A stretch of 64,000 nt of DNA from the human T2T-CHM13v2.0 reference genome, Homo sapiens, in assembly GCF_009914755.1 (NCBI RefSeq), contig NC_060942.1. One strand, given 5' to 3'. The stretch's first letter is position 1. Every line of letters begins with the position of its first letter. A program made the position numbers and the translations under genes. This document shows, piece by piece, positions 1-16,418 of the stretch. The notes under the pieces are model-generated. The model saw only the letters and a program-made list of their open reading frames with translations, had not been told where the DNA came from and ran no database searches.

Positions 1-1429
1 AATAAAGACAAAGTTTTGGACTCCTATCTCAGTATTCTTTCTAAATACATCTGTTTCTTTTCCTTGCCCTTTTGTTTGCCTGGGGCCGACAAGGCTGTTA
101 TCTCCTAAGCAATTTTATCTTTCCAATCCTCCTCCACTCCCAGCCCCCACTGCCGCCCCTGCCCAAGTCCTGCAGGCAGTCATAGAAGGGTTAACTTTTG
201 TTGGACTGAAGGCCTGAGCCAAGTACAGAGTGTCCATTGTGTGCCCGCCCCCTCAGGAGGAGTCACTGACTGCTGGAATGTGACAAGGCAAAACATTTTT
301 ACCTTGCCTTGGCTTCCCCAACTCTGAGTGCGTGAGCCTGTGCGTGTGCTCACACGCGCATTTTGGCAGGGCTGAATCACAAGAGGACTCGCAGTTGATA
401 CCCAGACTCACCAAAAAATTGAGCTGTGAATTTGGGGAGGCAGGTACGTGCTGGGAAGGAAGCTAAAGGAGAACAACAGCTTTGTGTGCTGATGAAGTAA
501 ACAGACAGGTTAGGTTTCTTTGCTGTTTCTTTTGAAAACTTATTTTATTTTATTTGTCTAAGATGAGGGTCACATATGGACACCAGGGGCTGGATTATAA
601 TCCTCAGGATAGGCAGCAAATTTGGCTGGGGCTGCTGCCTGGGTGGGTGGAGCTGCAGTGGGAGTAATTTGAACTACACGACTTTGAATAGCTGTCAGAG
701 GGCGAAGCCATTTTCATTCAGAAAAACCTTGAAATCCTCCAAGCACCCAGTCCTGCAATGGATGCTATAGGTAATGTCAGCATTATACAACTACAGTTAG
801 GCTCAACCTGAGGCTGAGCTGCAATCATGTTAGAGAAATAAGATTTATATGCCCAGAACAGCTAGAAGACAATACAAGGCTGGTATTTAGTGGCGAACTA
901 TACAGCTGGGTGCAATGTCAGTCCGGCCAAGGAGTGAGCACCACGGTCTGGAGTTTACAGAATGTTGCCATGGAGAATTGAAGACTTGGGGATGATCTGG
1001 AAATATGGAAAGGCTTGGGATCTTTTTATTCATTTGTTTATTCATTCCTTCGTGCAACAAACATTTGGGGAACACCAATTGCATGGCCGGCATTGCAAGG
1101 ATGAGAGGAAGTGGATATAAGAACAGATTCTGTGTATTTTAAAAAATACAGAAAGAACTATGTATAACATTGCTGTGGAGACTGGTTTGACTTGAGTAGT
1201 TACTGCAAGTTGGTGGCTAATTTGCTTTGGTCTTTTAAGGCGAGATCAGTATGAAAAGTCTGGAATAGATGAATTCCTAAAGATTAAGGCTATTTGAAAC
1301 TGCATTACTGTTTTACCTACAGTATTTATTATGACATACTCACATTGCCCTGGTTTGGGTCTTCAAGCAATGTGAATGAAATTTCAGCTGAACTTTCTTA
1401 TGGCCCCCTGCCTCTAACATCAGATTCCC

Positions 1430-1960
1430 TTAATCCAACCCTCACACCATGTACCAGAATTATCTTCCTAAAGCTTAGATTTGATATTATTCCTTCTCCA
1501 CTGCCATTCCTTAAATGGCTTCCCATTACCTGTAAGATAAAATCCAAACTCGTTAGCACAACATTCAAGGAAGTTCATGACTTTGCCATGACCTTTTATT
1601 TCCAGCCTCACCTCTCATAGATTCCCAGTTTCTACCATACTTCCTAGCCAAACATCAATTCCCTGTTTCTTCTGCATAATCCTGCACACGCCTGCCCAGG
1701 ACGTGGCCTCACGTCTTCCCTTTCTCTGCTACGTCTTCCTTCTTCCTGCTCTACCTAGGAAACCCCCATCAAGATCAAAGATCTGTCTTCTGCTCTCCTC
1801 AAAGCCTTTCTGTGTAGTTTCCTAGCTACCTACACCTTGCTCAAGTGGAGAAAACTTTCTTCCTTTTGATTCTGTCCTTTCTTACAGTACATATAAAGTT
1901 CTGTGTTGTTTTAGAGTGATTTGTCAAATCTCTCATCAAAAGTGTAACTTCCTTGAGGAA
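1430..1960 (+). mobile_element. LINE-2 (L2) 3' fragment, ancient
   Basis: CCAGAATTATCTTCCTAAA...TGGCTTCCCATTACC...AAATCCAAACTC resembles the L2 3' region. Boundaries approximate. Confidence 0.55.
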
Positions 1961-4340
1961 AAAGATTGTGTTTTCCTTAGTATTTTGATTTGAGAACAGA
2001 AAAAAATTTTTTGTATTGAATTTTTTTTGTGTGGATCTTTTATGACTTGAATTTTAAGTTTCAGAACTTTGTCTTGTACACGTAGTAAAATGTAAGAAAT
2101 GATTGTTTCATTTATTTCACTCTGAAGTGAATCTTTTTTTAATGGAAGATATTTTCTTAATATTAATAATATATTCAGTGTATAAGCCCATCAATTCATC
2201 TAAAGTTTAGAGTTCACCTTCTTTTATTGTATCACAGAATCTGTAACATACATTTCCCTACTCTGGTTCAAAGGTCCAAATGGATTTCATTTAGGAAATT
2301 TGTATGTATATGCTTTGTCTTTTCTCCTGACCTGGGGAGATTTTATAGGTAGGTATTAGAGAATTAAAATGTCGTTGGAGATTCCTGCCAAAGGGAATAG
2401 ACTGTGAACATTACTGCCATAAGAAAACATGGCTTGCAATTTGCATGGATCTGGGATACACACTGAGAAAGACCTACTGGATTCTTACCGCTTGACAAAT
2501 GGGGAAATTTCCTAAGGTACATTGATGTCTCCAACAGCTGGGGTGGTGCCTGACACTAGTAAGAGAGGCCTCCGTAAAGTCAACTTGAGTATAACTTTTT
2601 AAAAATAATGTGTATTATTGGGCAGATAAATCTAGATGAGACAAAAAATCTTATCAGTAAAAGAAACATCAAGTGTCATCTGGTCTAACTTCTCCCCACC
2701 TCCCAAAGTGGAGACTTTGTCCATCTTGTAGCATGGGTCACAGGTGGCTGTTTTCAGTTTTGGCTCAACAGTGTCAGTGAAGATGCTCATGCTCTCACTA
2801 GGGCAGCTTCTTCTTTTTCAGAAAAGCTGTATTCGTTGAATCTTCCCCGAAGTGGAAGCAGTTGTAAATGTGTCTTTCTGCAAAGCTGAGCATTTTCCAG
2901 TAGCTGAATATGCTCCTGGGCTTCTCTGGGGAGCAGGGTCCGTGTTGGAGCCGGGGCTGCCTTCCTGGCTGGCTTCCTCACAGGGCGTCAGCTAAAAATG
3001 TGCTGATTCTGGAGACAGAAGACAAACGTCTGGTCTTCAGGCTTCCAGTTCTTGGTTATTCTGAATATGTCTTTGCAGGCATCGTTGGGCATTTTTTGGT
3101 GGGCACATTTGCCAGCCACTTTAAATTGATGGGCTCAGAGGTAGAAACCTAAGATGTACAGTCATGTCTTCTGCTGGGAAACTTAAGTGTTCAGCAGCTG
3201 AGAAAGCTTGAGTGTGATCCAGCGTACAGCCTAAGGGTGGGAGGATGTGATGTTTGCAGCCCCAGGGCTCTTGGTTTTCTCCTGAGACTGAGCATTTGGG
3301 CTTCCTTTTGGGCTTTGAAAATTATGAGTATGAAATTGGGAATAATAGAACGTGGGGTGAAGAAGGGTGAAGGAGAGTTTAGCTGATCCTGTGACAGTTT
3401 GGAGAGAGCCTAACTGATTTTTCTCTTCTCATCTTGGAGGAAGGTAGAGAGGAAGATCCTGGGGGGACTCCTGACACTTCCACAGGCCTATAAAATGCTC
3501 CTTCTCTCCCTTTTTCTCTTTTGCTGCTATGGAGACACAATACTACTTCATTTAAGAAACCAGAAAGGGAATTACAACTGTCTAGAAAGGCTATTTTTAA
3601 TCTAAATAATTGATAATGATTAAATTTCTCTCTTTTGTGTCAGTAGAAACATTTGTTGAAGTTGTTTTCCATTAATCACAGTGTTATAAGTGATTTGCCA
3701 CTGAACTCTTTTTATTTTCTTTTTGTGTGCCTCAAACCTAAGCTTTGCATTTGCTTGAAGAAATAGAGAGGTCTTTGCATAATTGAAATAATGCATAGTG
3801 AAAAATGATAAAGGTAAAATGGTTAAGAGATAGGCTGAATGCCCCTCCTCCAAGTGGGTGGAGAGCTTGGCCCAGGCAGCCTGGGGGTTGTGCTCAGCTT
3901 TGCAAACTGTTCTTCACATGTGACAGAGAAGCGGTGCAAAAAGCCAACCAAATACAGTTCCAGCAGACCTGAGCCTCAACACTTCAGACTTCCCTTTCGT
4001 CATGATTGGTTTTAACAGTGACTCAGCCAGCTGAAGCTTCAGTATAAAGAAACCTCTAGCTTGCTACCGGGCTGGAGAACTCGCACCTCTTATCTTTATT
4101 CTTGGGCCTACAGCTATAAAATTAATAGCAATCCATTATGAAGGCGTGTGTGAATGTGTTTTTCCCTCTGCTCTAGTAAAATCCAATTTGGGGATGTGCT
4201 TATTCTGGTTAGCTGTTTTTCCATCATTTCTTTTTTCCGGATGCCATAGATACGTGGAAGGGGGCCTCTGGAACTTAGATTGAGTAACCTTGGGGGTCAT
4301 TTTCCTTTCTGCCATGCCTAACTGTCTCTTTGCTTCTCAG

Positions 4341-5521
<1,181 letters not shown>

Positions 5522-6511
5522 TACTTATCTACTCGTTAATTACCAATCTCCTTGATGGAATATTTAGAGACTCAAGAAGAAACACCTCTGCTATAATCTT
5601 GGTATAATGTCTAGTTCTTTATCATATCTTCTGCATATCTGACAAAAAATAGCTATAGAATTGTAATTTTGGAAAGTTCCTGTTTATTGTATAACAGCCA
5701 AGTGTCTGGGTCAGCTAAGCCATAACAAACTTTTTAGTATTTTTTTCTTTGTTTGCATTAGTTTTCATAGTTAGGAGTGAGATATTAAAAAATTTGAGTT
5801 AATCAGAACAGTCAAGAATTGTTAAAATCTCCTTTTGATTTCAGTCATTACTACTGTAAATCTTCCTAAGATGAATTACTCACCTGACTAAGGAAACCCA
5901 GTCTTTGTAGTAACTGAGACTCTCACAGAGCTGAAAAATCATCATTGTGAAAGCCAGTGATGAGCATTAGAACTGGAACTGTAGAAAAACAAGAAAGGGG
6001 GCAAGTGATTGGCCTGAATCTCTGTCCAACACATCACGGACTTTTAAGATTGGACATTGACTCAACTTGGTTAGTTGTCATTTTCCTCCTAAAAGTCAAA
6101 CATGGATGTGCAAAGTAGCTAGACAGGTGGTTGGTGGTGTCAATTGGTTGGGAATGAATGAGTTCATATTTCATTGAATTTATTTTATATCCTAGGGGGT
6201 TACAGTGACTTACAGTGACCTCCCTTCCTGTGTGTGGCACTCAGCTGTGATAGCAGAGGACTGCCTTGGTATAGTAAGTTTTTGTCTTCGAAAATCTTTG
6301 GGACTTGGAGATGGCTCTAGAAGAAGCCCTTTTGTTGACAGAGTTTTGGGGTTCTAGGTTGTAGGTGTTAATCATAATCTTTGTCACTCTCTCCCTGACA
6401 TTTGATCAATTATTTGGGCTCTAGATATGTGGATCAGCTAAAAATGGCACAAATGAATGAACTTCTTTTCTTTATAGCCCGAAGATATTCCATAGCATTT
6501 CTGTTACCATT

Positions 6512-6514
<3 letters not shown>

Positions 6515-6555
<41 letters not shown>
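6515..6555. repeat. Poly(T)41 mononucleotide run
   Basis: Uninterrupted T run, not attached to an Alu. Confidence 0.95.
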
Positions 6556-6557
<2 letters not shown>

Positions 6558-6697
6558 CTTTGGGGCAGTTATTTTCAATAAAACCACTAGGAATCATATT
6601 ATTTCTTTAGCACAGGGCTTGTGTCCATCCTTATACCGGGTGTTGTGGCTGATTTTGTTGCATTTAAAATCCAAAGAACTGGCTAGAAGAGACTTTC

Positions 6698-6813
6698 TAG
6701 GGTGACTGACTCCTCACAGTTTGCCCAAAAAATCTGTCCTGGTTTCAAGACTGAAAATTCTGCATCCAGGAATTGCCCCAGTTCCTAGCAAACTGGGACG
6801 ATTGGTCACCTTA
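6698..6813. mobile_element. MER81 (hAT-Blackjack) MITE
   Basis: TIRs TAGGGTGAC.../...TTGGTCACCTTA, internal CAGTTTGCCC / GCAAACTGGGACG, ~115 bp. Confidence 0.75.
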
Positions 6814-8127
6814 GTTTAACATTTTGGAAGACAAAGGAACTTTTAGAAATTGGTTTGTTTTGCCAGAACATAGAGGTTGTGCTCTCTCCTCCCCCATTAC
6901 AACTTTGCAGTGATTTCTGGATACTCTGTCGTGAAACCAAAGGTTTAATCTCCACACATACAGAAACTTCTGAGATTCATGCAAGAAAATGCAACAGTTC
7001 AAATCAGGCTCTGAAAGTGAGGCTTTGCATTGGAGTTGGGTCTCTTAAGATATGAAAATGAGTATCTTTGTTTCTGGCCATTGAGTTGGCCAGTTCTTTG
7101 TGTGTTGTTGTATTTTTGTGTGGGTGGGTTGTCTTGAGTAATGGTTACCCTTTGTCTCCATCACCTTCACTGCCAGGATTTAAGCAGCAACCCACAGTTT
7201 TGGGAGTTCAAACCCAAATTCGCTGCCCTAAAAAGAGAATACATTGTCCTGATTAGGTACCACTTTTCCTAAAGCCACTGATTGTTCCCAAATATAGCTT
7301 TCTCCCCATTGGAACACACCAGAATAATGTTTTGGAATCTGTACCATCGGGATGATTTCAAAGCTGAAATGTGCAGTGGACTTTGGTGCTCATATCTGAA
7401 GTTCTCAGGCTGGTCATTTTCACCCAAGAAGCTGGATGCTCTTTGTGGACTTTATGGGAAAGAAATAAAATTGCTTATTTGAATATGTGATTTGCCAAGT
7501 AAGCATTTTTATGCCTCAGCAACTGGAGGGGACAGAGAGGAAGAAGAAGGGCTGAAATTCAATGCACAGTGCTCTTTATGATGACACTGTGATGGGAATA
7601 CCCTTGAAAACTTTTTAATTGTTAGAAGCTTGCTTCATATGGTACTTCTCCACCCTTCTTACATTTATTTATGCCTAGCACTGTTACTTTCCAGAAATGA
7701 ATTAATACAGCTATCATCACTGAGTCTCAATTACTTGATAGATGACAGGAACATCCTCTGATCTCTATGGGATGAGAATGTTAACTTTATTACCCTTAAT
7801 TCCTGCTGTTTTGCAACCAGAGAGTAAGCAAAGGCTAAAGCTGAGGGTGAGATGTAGAAACCTTGCCTACTATGTGTGTGGAAAAGTTTAGTGGCATAAA
7901 CTTGCAGAATTTACTTATTTGTATGAATGAGAAATATGTGATCAGTAATTTGGCTCAGAATGGATGAGGATGAGATTTCGTAAGCAACACACCAGCATCT
8001 AATCCTGAAATCACCTTCTGGATCTATTTTTATAAGTTGTACCACTCTTTGAAGCAGTGGACATGGAGTGGCCTCTGGGAAGCAGGTCCTACACTAGGAG
8101 CTAGAAAGGAAGCCCTGTTAAGCTGAT

Positions 8128-8241
8128 CTTTGAGCTGCTAGTGATTCCTACTAGGGAGTCACCTGAATATATGTGCTGACTTTGAGCTGCTAGTGATTCC
8201 TACTAGGGAGTCATCTGAATATATGTGCTGACTTTGAGCTG
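8128..8241. repeat. 52-bp tandem duplication (2.2 copies)
   Basis: CTTTGAGCTGCTAGTGATTCCTACTAGGGAGTCA(C/T)CTGAATATATGTGCTGA starts at 8128 and 8180, partial at 8232. One mismatch between the full copies. Confidence 0.95.
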
Positions 8242-8574
8242 GGGTTGGCAAACTGTAGCCTGTGGGCCAAATCCAGCCTCCTGCCTGTTTTTGTATTGCC
8301 CCTGAGCAAATAATGTTTTTTACATTTTTAAAAGGTTGGGAAAACATCAAAAGAATAATAATATTTTGTAATATGTGAGGCATATGAAATTTAAATTTCA
8401 GTGTTTATAAATAAAGTTTTATTGGAACACAGCCAAGTTCATTTGTTTATGTTTTGACTCTGACTGCTTTTTCTTATAGTGGCAGAGTTGAGTTGTTGTG
8501 ACAGAGGTACTATGACCTTCAAAGATTCAACTATTTACTCTCTGATCCTTACAAAAAATGTGCATTGATCCTTA
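8239..8574 (+). mobile_element. MER58B (hAT-Charlie) MITE
   Basis: GGGGTTGGCAAACTGTAGCCTGTGGGCCAAATCC...ATAAATAAAGTTTTATTGGAACACAGCC...GGCAGAGTTGAG, ~335 bp. Confidence 0.85.
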
Positions 8575-9464
8575 ACTTAGGGTAAGGACATAGAGTTTCA
8601 GGATAATAAAGGTTTTGTTTTATTTTGTTTTGCTTTAATAATTCAGCCTCCAAGTTTGGAGGCTGGGGGGAATTAGGTGTTATATTATGTGCTGCTTTTT
8701 GTTGTTGTTATTTAAGTGAACCAGTTAATTTTGCTGAAGTCATTGCTTGACAGCTCCAGGCAAAGACAGCTTATATGGGATCCCAAATGATTTTCGTTTT
8801 CATTGGTGTTTGAAAAGAAAGCTCTGTGTGATACGGGTAGCATGACTTACATATCATAGGCTAGTTCTCTGTGATGTTAACTCTAGTTATACATGGTCCA
8901 CTGCTTTGGGATGAAGGCATATATGTGTAGCATCGTCAACAGCCTTGTTCCAAATTTTAAACCTAGGGCTAACTCTCCAAACTGGAGAAGGATTATAGAT
9001 CGTCAGGGAACATCACCACTTAAGTGGTAAGTTGTGAGGAGGAGCCCATGGAAGTACTACCTCCCTGGCTCAAGGATGCACGGACTCTTCTAACCAGGAT
9101 AGAAGTCTCTTTTCTCTTTCATATAAAACTAGGATAGGAATTGAGATGCTATTTGGGAGAGGGCCTATGATGGATTTACATGCTTTACATGAGGTGTGAA
9201 AGCAGCATTTGGTAGGAAGTAGAGGCTGAGGGGAGAGCTCAGAAGCTACTTCGGGGCCTCTGAACTCTCCTTTGGACAGGTCTAATTTTGCAGATGGACC
9301 CCACACATGTAACTTGTTCTTTATCATGGGACCAACGTGGTTGCAACTTAAACTTACTCAGGTAAGTGACTTAATAACTTACACTTCCTCAGGTTTGCTT
9401 CTAGGTGATTAGATTAAAACAACAGAGACCATGAAGATGAGTCTCTGGAAGAATGTTCCAGTAG

Positions 9465-9790
<326 letters not shown>

Positions 9791-12700
9791 CCAGTAGTGA
9801 CAGGGTTTTGAAGAGTTTCCAAGCTGGGCAAGGCTTAGCAGCTCTTCTCTTTCGTGAGGATGTTGGGAGTCAGGGACACCTGTCTAGATTCAACAGCAAG
9901 ATAAGGGCATGGGAGTTCCAAATGGATGCCATACAGTGACTCAGGGTAGGAGATGTGGTGTGATAGTCTGACACCAAGCAGCTTTGTGAATCTGGATCTG
10001 CAGTATGAATTTGCTGAAGCCCTAGTTTCCTCACCTGCCAAATACAGGTGATGATTTCTACATGATATAACTCAGAGGAAGATTTTAGAAGAAAATGGAT
10101 AATTTACAGAGCAAACATCATCATAATAACTTTGATTTCTTGAGCTACATGGCAGACCCTCTGCTAACTGTTTTACATTACTCACCTTATCTGTTAGTCC
10201 TCATAACAATGCTGCCAGGCAGATCTTATTTATTTACAGGAACTTGAGGCTCAGATTGCTTCAAAGGAGGAGGAGCTGGAAGGGGCGAGGTTTTCCTATG
10301 AAGCCAATTCTATTAGACTCCAAGCAAATGTGTATTCCAGTCCCTTAGTTGCCACACCCTATAAAAGTAAAGGATTTCTGAAAGGTGAGGATCACTAGAG
10401 TGTTTTTTCCATACTTTCTCATATAGCTGGGGTGGCACAAGCATAATCTGCCACATTTTCCCTAATTCTAAGTTTTCCATGGTTTTGAGAGAGTGTTCAA
10501 AGCTCACTAGTTAAAGCCCTATTTTTTTATTCATTGTACTTACAAATTTTATTTGCTTTTGACAAAAATACAACTTCTATTTCATTTCTTTGGATTTAAT
10601 TTTTCCTCCTCTCCAGTTCTATTGGGAGATCTTATTTCCTCCTGTTGCAAGGACTTCAACCTTATACCCATCAGGTGCCTGCCATGGTCCTAGAAGCACA
10701 TTCAGGATTTGTCTTGGTCTAGACCGTCATCATATGCCTAGGGAAAGACTCTTGTATTCCGTCCTGAGCATTCACAATCTGCTTTTGAGAAGCCAAATAA
10801 ATCATGCACTTATTTCCTCCTTACACAAAGAGCAAACACACAAAGTATGGATAGGAAAAAAGTTTCTTAGGTGTTGTTGATGGGAAGAGAGGTTGGCATT
10901 AGATTGCAGAGAGCAATGAATGTCAAATAAACGAGTTTGGATTTAATTCTGTAAGTAGCAGGGGTGCTCACAGGGCTTTGAATCAGGGAGAAGGAACGGT
11001 TGCAGGGGTGCTGGGGAACTTGCTGAGAGTGACTCTGTGTAGAGGAGCTTAAAATGGGAGACATGAAAGGGGAGCCTTTTGGTAACACAGTTTTCAGCAA
11101 GGAGAGATTGGTCTAGGGTTCTTCCCTTTTCCTGGCATGTCCTGAGAAGCACATTTCTCTCTTGACCTTTAATGGTTGTAGCAATTTCGTTTACACGTGG
11201 GTGAGGAGGGGTCTATGAGAGGAGGTGTTTGGCAGAGGGTGAGGGGTGGCTTGCTTTGCCAAGGGTGCAGGTTGCCTAACCTCTGGCTGCTGCACCCATG
11301 GTTTTCTTCTCCTCCACACAAGTGGGTGGCTCAGAGAGCCTTCTACCCTCCTGGTGGTTCAAGTGTCCTTCCCTTGCCATCCTATTTTGTCAGCACTTTC
11401 TCTGGTCACTCCCAAGTGTACTGCTTTACAGAAGACTTGGCCTCTCTTCTTCTGGGGGTGGGAATGTGGTGTTTCAAACTCCTGGGAGTATGAGCTTCTT
11501 CCTCCACAACACCCTCATCCTGACTTGGAGATGAGGTCTCCATAGCATTTCTACACAAGAGGTTGAATTTCCCCTCTTGTTTCATTTTAGTTTTTGTCTC
11601 CTGAGATTTAAAAACATTTTTAAGTACCACATTTCTATGTATTCATTAGAATGCCTGGAAATTTTGTTTCCTGATAGATTTCTCTCTGATTATGTTGTAG
11701 CTAAAGCAGCAGGGAAGGTGGGGAACGACCTTTTCTGCAGGGCAGCAGGGAGCATTGGACATGTCAGCTGAAAGTGTGAGGGAAAGAACCTTGGCCTTGG
11801 AGATGGGGAGCCCTGGGCACCGGCTCTGCCTCTGTGACTCACAATCACATTCGGCCAGCATACTTTACCTCCCTGCTTCTCAGCTTCTACATGTTCAAAA
11901 AAAAGAAAAGAAAAGAAAAGAAAAGAAAAAGATGAAGAAGAAAAACAAAGCAGCATTTTCCCTCTGAGGTCTTGTTTCTGTTCTATAATCTAGAAACTTT
12001 AAGGGCCATTCTGTTTCATCAGCAGGGCAAGTGTTTCTCTTTAAGAACGCTCATTACTATAAACAGATTTTTGACCTCTGTTTGGACCCACTGTTCCGTC
12101 ATCAAATTGTTTCCTTTTAGCCCGAAATGTCAAAAGATCTAAAATCATGGGAGCAAGGGTCAGAGTTGAGCTTAAAATGTGGTGATTTACCAAACTCGTG
12201 TTCCGTAAATATATTTTGGGAATATTTGGTTATCCCTCAACCCCGTCTTCTATTTTTCTCTTTTTTTCTTCCTGTGTTTGGGATTCTCTGGGGGTTTAAA
12301 ACATGTAGCTTGGCTGTTTCCTCCTGGTTTGGTGTTCTCTTGTTTGTTTTTTTCTCTTTGGACCCCCCCAAGGAAGGTTTTTTGGTGAATTCTATGCCAT
12401 TGAAAATGCATCTGGCAGAGTAACCAGCAAAAACTGTGTTCTGTTCAGACAGAAAGTCATTTATTCTCTGAAGCATGGCTGGTGTGCTCTGTATGTGAAA
12501 TTCTAGATGAGGAGTACAGGGTCTATTAGAAAGAGCCTCCACTCTGGAAGTGGATTAGAACTCAGATACCCTGATTCCAGGAACATGGTCTCTCTGCCTC
12601 TGGACAGAGACAGCCTGCATAATCTTAGGCAAGACTTAACCTCTTGAAACGTTTCCTGACAGTTGGAAAATCAGGGATAACAGCAGCCCCTCCTTGTTGA

Positions 12701-13449
12701 TGTCACTGTGGTGAGGTTGAAGTTGTCCGTTGGACACTTAGGACAGCCCTTTGCTTAGTATGTCCTGCTCTCATTGCTGTTTGGCATCTCTCCCTGCGGA
12801 CCATCCATAGGAGCTTCCTTAGTTGAGGCACAGAGTGGGCACACAGTGATCTGCAGTGGTGCTGGGCACTTGGGAGGCCTGGGCTGTGTTGAATTATGTT
12901 AGCTGGGGGGCAGCACCAGTGCCTGATGTCTGATGCCTGGAGAAACTTCTATTAGTTGAGCATATCACTAATGATTTTTTTTTTTTTTTTTTTTGGTGTT
13001 GGTGGTAGGAATTGCTATACGGATTTATTTAGAGATAGTTCAAAGGTCTTTTATCTCTGTGGTCATTTATCTGCCAAACCGGGATTACTGCTGAGCACAA
13101 AGGATGACTCAAAATGAAAGTTTCAAAGCAGTGTCAAAGGAACCATCAAGTGGGGTTCAGCTGGCGGCTGCTACTCTTCCAGCATTTGCAAAGTCGGCCC
13201 CTCTTCCTCATCGTTGCAATTTTACATCCTCAAAAAGTCCTCTCATTGCTACATTGCTAGTTGACCCGCAGTTATATTTCCTTTTTTTCTTTTTAATAAA
13301 AGGCAAGAGAAACAATCCGTTTTTGCCTTTTCCTACCACATCTTTGACTTTTCTGATTCCTGCAAGTTTAAGTTAAAAACATCCTACCTTCAAGCTACAA
13401 AATGCAGCACATCCCAGGACATCCCTCACCTGCTTTGCTTGTTTATTAG

Positions 13450-13912
<463 letters not shown>

Positions 13913-14340
13913 AGGAAGTTTCTAATATCTGCAATAAACTAAAAATTTGTGTTATACTTTGCACACAGCCAAACTGTTTTGGGGAAAGTGTTTCAACAGC
14001 ATGGTCCTCAGAGTGACTTGACTTGGAAGGTTGGCACTAAGGCTCTGATCACTCCCCTATGGAGCCATCAGTGGCCAGAGGAAGAGGCTGCCAGAGAGGA
14101 GGGCAGGAGTTAAGTAGACCCAGGTCCTCAAGAGGCATACAGACAGACACAACATGCAAACACCTTCACTGATTTTTAGCCACGCCACGTCGTATGAAGT
14201 CTGCCTGAGGCTGAATTATATATTAACTGGTGGATCAGTGAGCCCCCGCTGCTGGGGGAGTGCAAGCTGAGGCCGCCATCTGAGTGCGTTGAACAGGAAC
14301 ACCCAGAGCCCTATATTGCAAGAGGTTTGAACTATGCAAC

Positions 14341-14705
14341 TTTTTTCTCTTTTCTTTTCTTTCCCACCCTCCCTCCATCCCTCGCCCATTCCTCCCTCCC
14401 TCCCCTACTCCTCCCGCCTCCCTCCCTCTCTCCCTCCCTCCTGATTGTTTCTGCTGCTTGGCTCTGGCTGTGGGTAAACTCCAGCACTGCAGCTTCATCT
14501 GGGAGACCCACAGCTCGTTTGCTTCCTTCCTTCCTTCCTTCCTTCCTTCTTTTCCTTCCTCTCTCCCTTCCTCCCTCCCTCCCTTTCTCCCTTCCTTCCT
14601 CCCTTCCTTCCTTTCTTCCTCTCCTTCCTTCCTTCCTTTCTCCCTCCCTCCCTCCTTCCCTCTCTCCCTTTCTTTCTTTCTTTGTTGCTTTTTTTTTTCT
14701 TTTTT
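14341..14705. repeat. Pyrimidine-rich (TTCC/CCCT)n microsatellite, probably an expanded Alu tail, interrupted by a unique 75-bp insert
   Basis: CT-only tracts at ~14341-14440 and ~14520-14705. Confidence 0.9.
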
Positions 14706-14995
14706 TAAAACAGGGTCTTGCTCTGTTGCCCAGGCTGGAGTGCAGTTGTACAACCATAGCTTACTGCAGCCTCAAACTCCTGGGCTCAAGTGATCCTTTC
14801 AGCTCAGCCTACTGAGTAGCTAGTACTGCAGGTGTGCACCACCACATCTAGCTGATTTATCTTTAAATTTTTTTTTTTTTTTTTTTGGTAGAGATAGGTC
14901 TTGCTATGTTGCCCAGGCTGGTCCTGAACTGGCCTCAAGCAATCCTCCCGCTTCGGCCTCCTGAAGTGCTGGGATTACAGGCCACCGGCCTGGGC
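14706..14995 (-). mobile_element. AluJ
   Basis: ACAGGGTCTTGCTCTGTTGCCCAGGCTGG...CTCCTGGGCTCAAGTGATCC...CTCAAGCAATCCTCCCG, AluJ-type diagnostic positions. Confidence 0.9.
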
Positions 14996-16043
14996 TGACT
15001 ACACAACCTCTAGGGCACTTCACCATTTTCCATAATACCCCAGTGGATCTCGCCCTATGAAGGCAAGGGCCTCCCTGTATATCTTGAGTCTGCATTTCTC
15101 TCTGAATTCCCAGGTTGTTGTATTTTTCTCCCTGCCTGCCCCTTCTTCCCTGGGCCAACTTCCCTCACCTCCCCACCAGCCTGTGACCTCACACGGGAAA
15201 CAATGGAGACCTTTATTTACTCTCAGAAGTCTGAGCAGTTCCCACCTCAGTACCTGGCCTGTGAGGCCATTTGATAATCATCATTAGTATCAAATGCAGG
15301 TTGCTTTGGTGTGTTTTCTAGACCTTGTTTATTGTGGTTCCCTCCCTCCCCCACCAGATGGTCGTCTTTGCCTCCCACAAGTTTCTAGCCAGTTTCACAG
15401 TGGGGGATAGGAGGTTGGGGGTGGGTAGGAAATTCTTAAAAGGAGATAGAGAGCAGCTCTGTCCCTCCAGGTGGGCCACCCACCATGTCTTGCCAATAAG
15501 AAGCAATCATTTGCAAATATAAACTTGCCCAGGAGTGTGGACAGCCTTTTATGCCAGGCCAGTTATTTCATTTGTTTAGTGTTGTTCATGAGAACTCAGC
15601 TCAGGAATTTCAGCATTTTTTACAACACACAGTACCCCTGCAGAACCAACTTAAAGCAGTAGCTCCTCATGGTGGATCATGGGTTTTGTAGTATACAGTG
15701 GGACTCTCCATGATCTCTCCATTCTTATCCTTTGGGGGCAGCATTATGTAGAAACTAACTTATTTGGGTGTGTGATTCTTCCTGTGTCATCAGGTTCCTG
15801 AACTAACCCAGTCTTCCTGCTTGATTCCTACCATTTAGATAAATGGCAGGGCAGTGTTTCTGATTGGGCTTGCGTGCTATTGGATCATGAAGGAAGCCAA
15901 GATTGGGAGATCCAGAAAGGGTCCTCGAATGAGAAGTTGAATTCATTGAGGACACAGGTGAGAATCAGGCATCTGGTCATTAGGCAGGAGAAGGCTGACA
16001 ACAGAAGCTCTGTGTCAAAAGAAAGTCATAGGTCCACAACTGA

Positions 16044-16418
<375 letters not shown>

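Noticed and set aside
14235-14815. Overlapping 111-172 aa ORFs (EGRK/PSFL-rich)
   Set aside because: Microsatellite and Alu translations.
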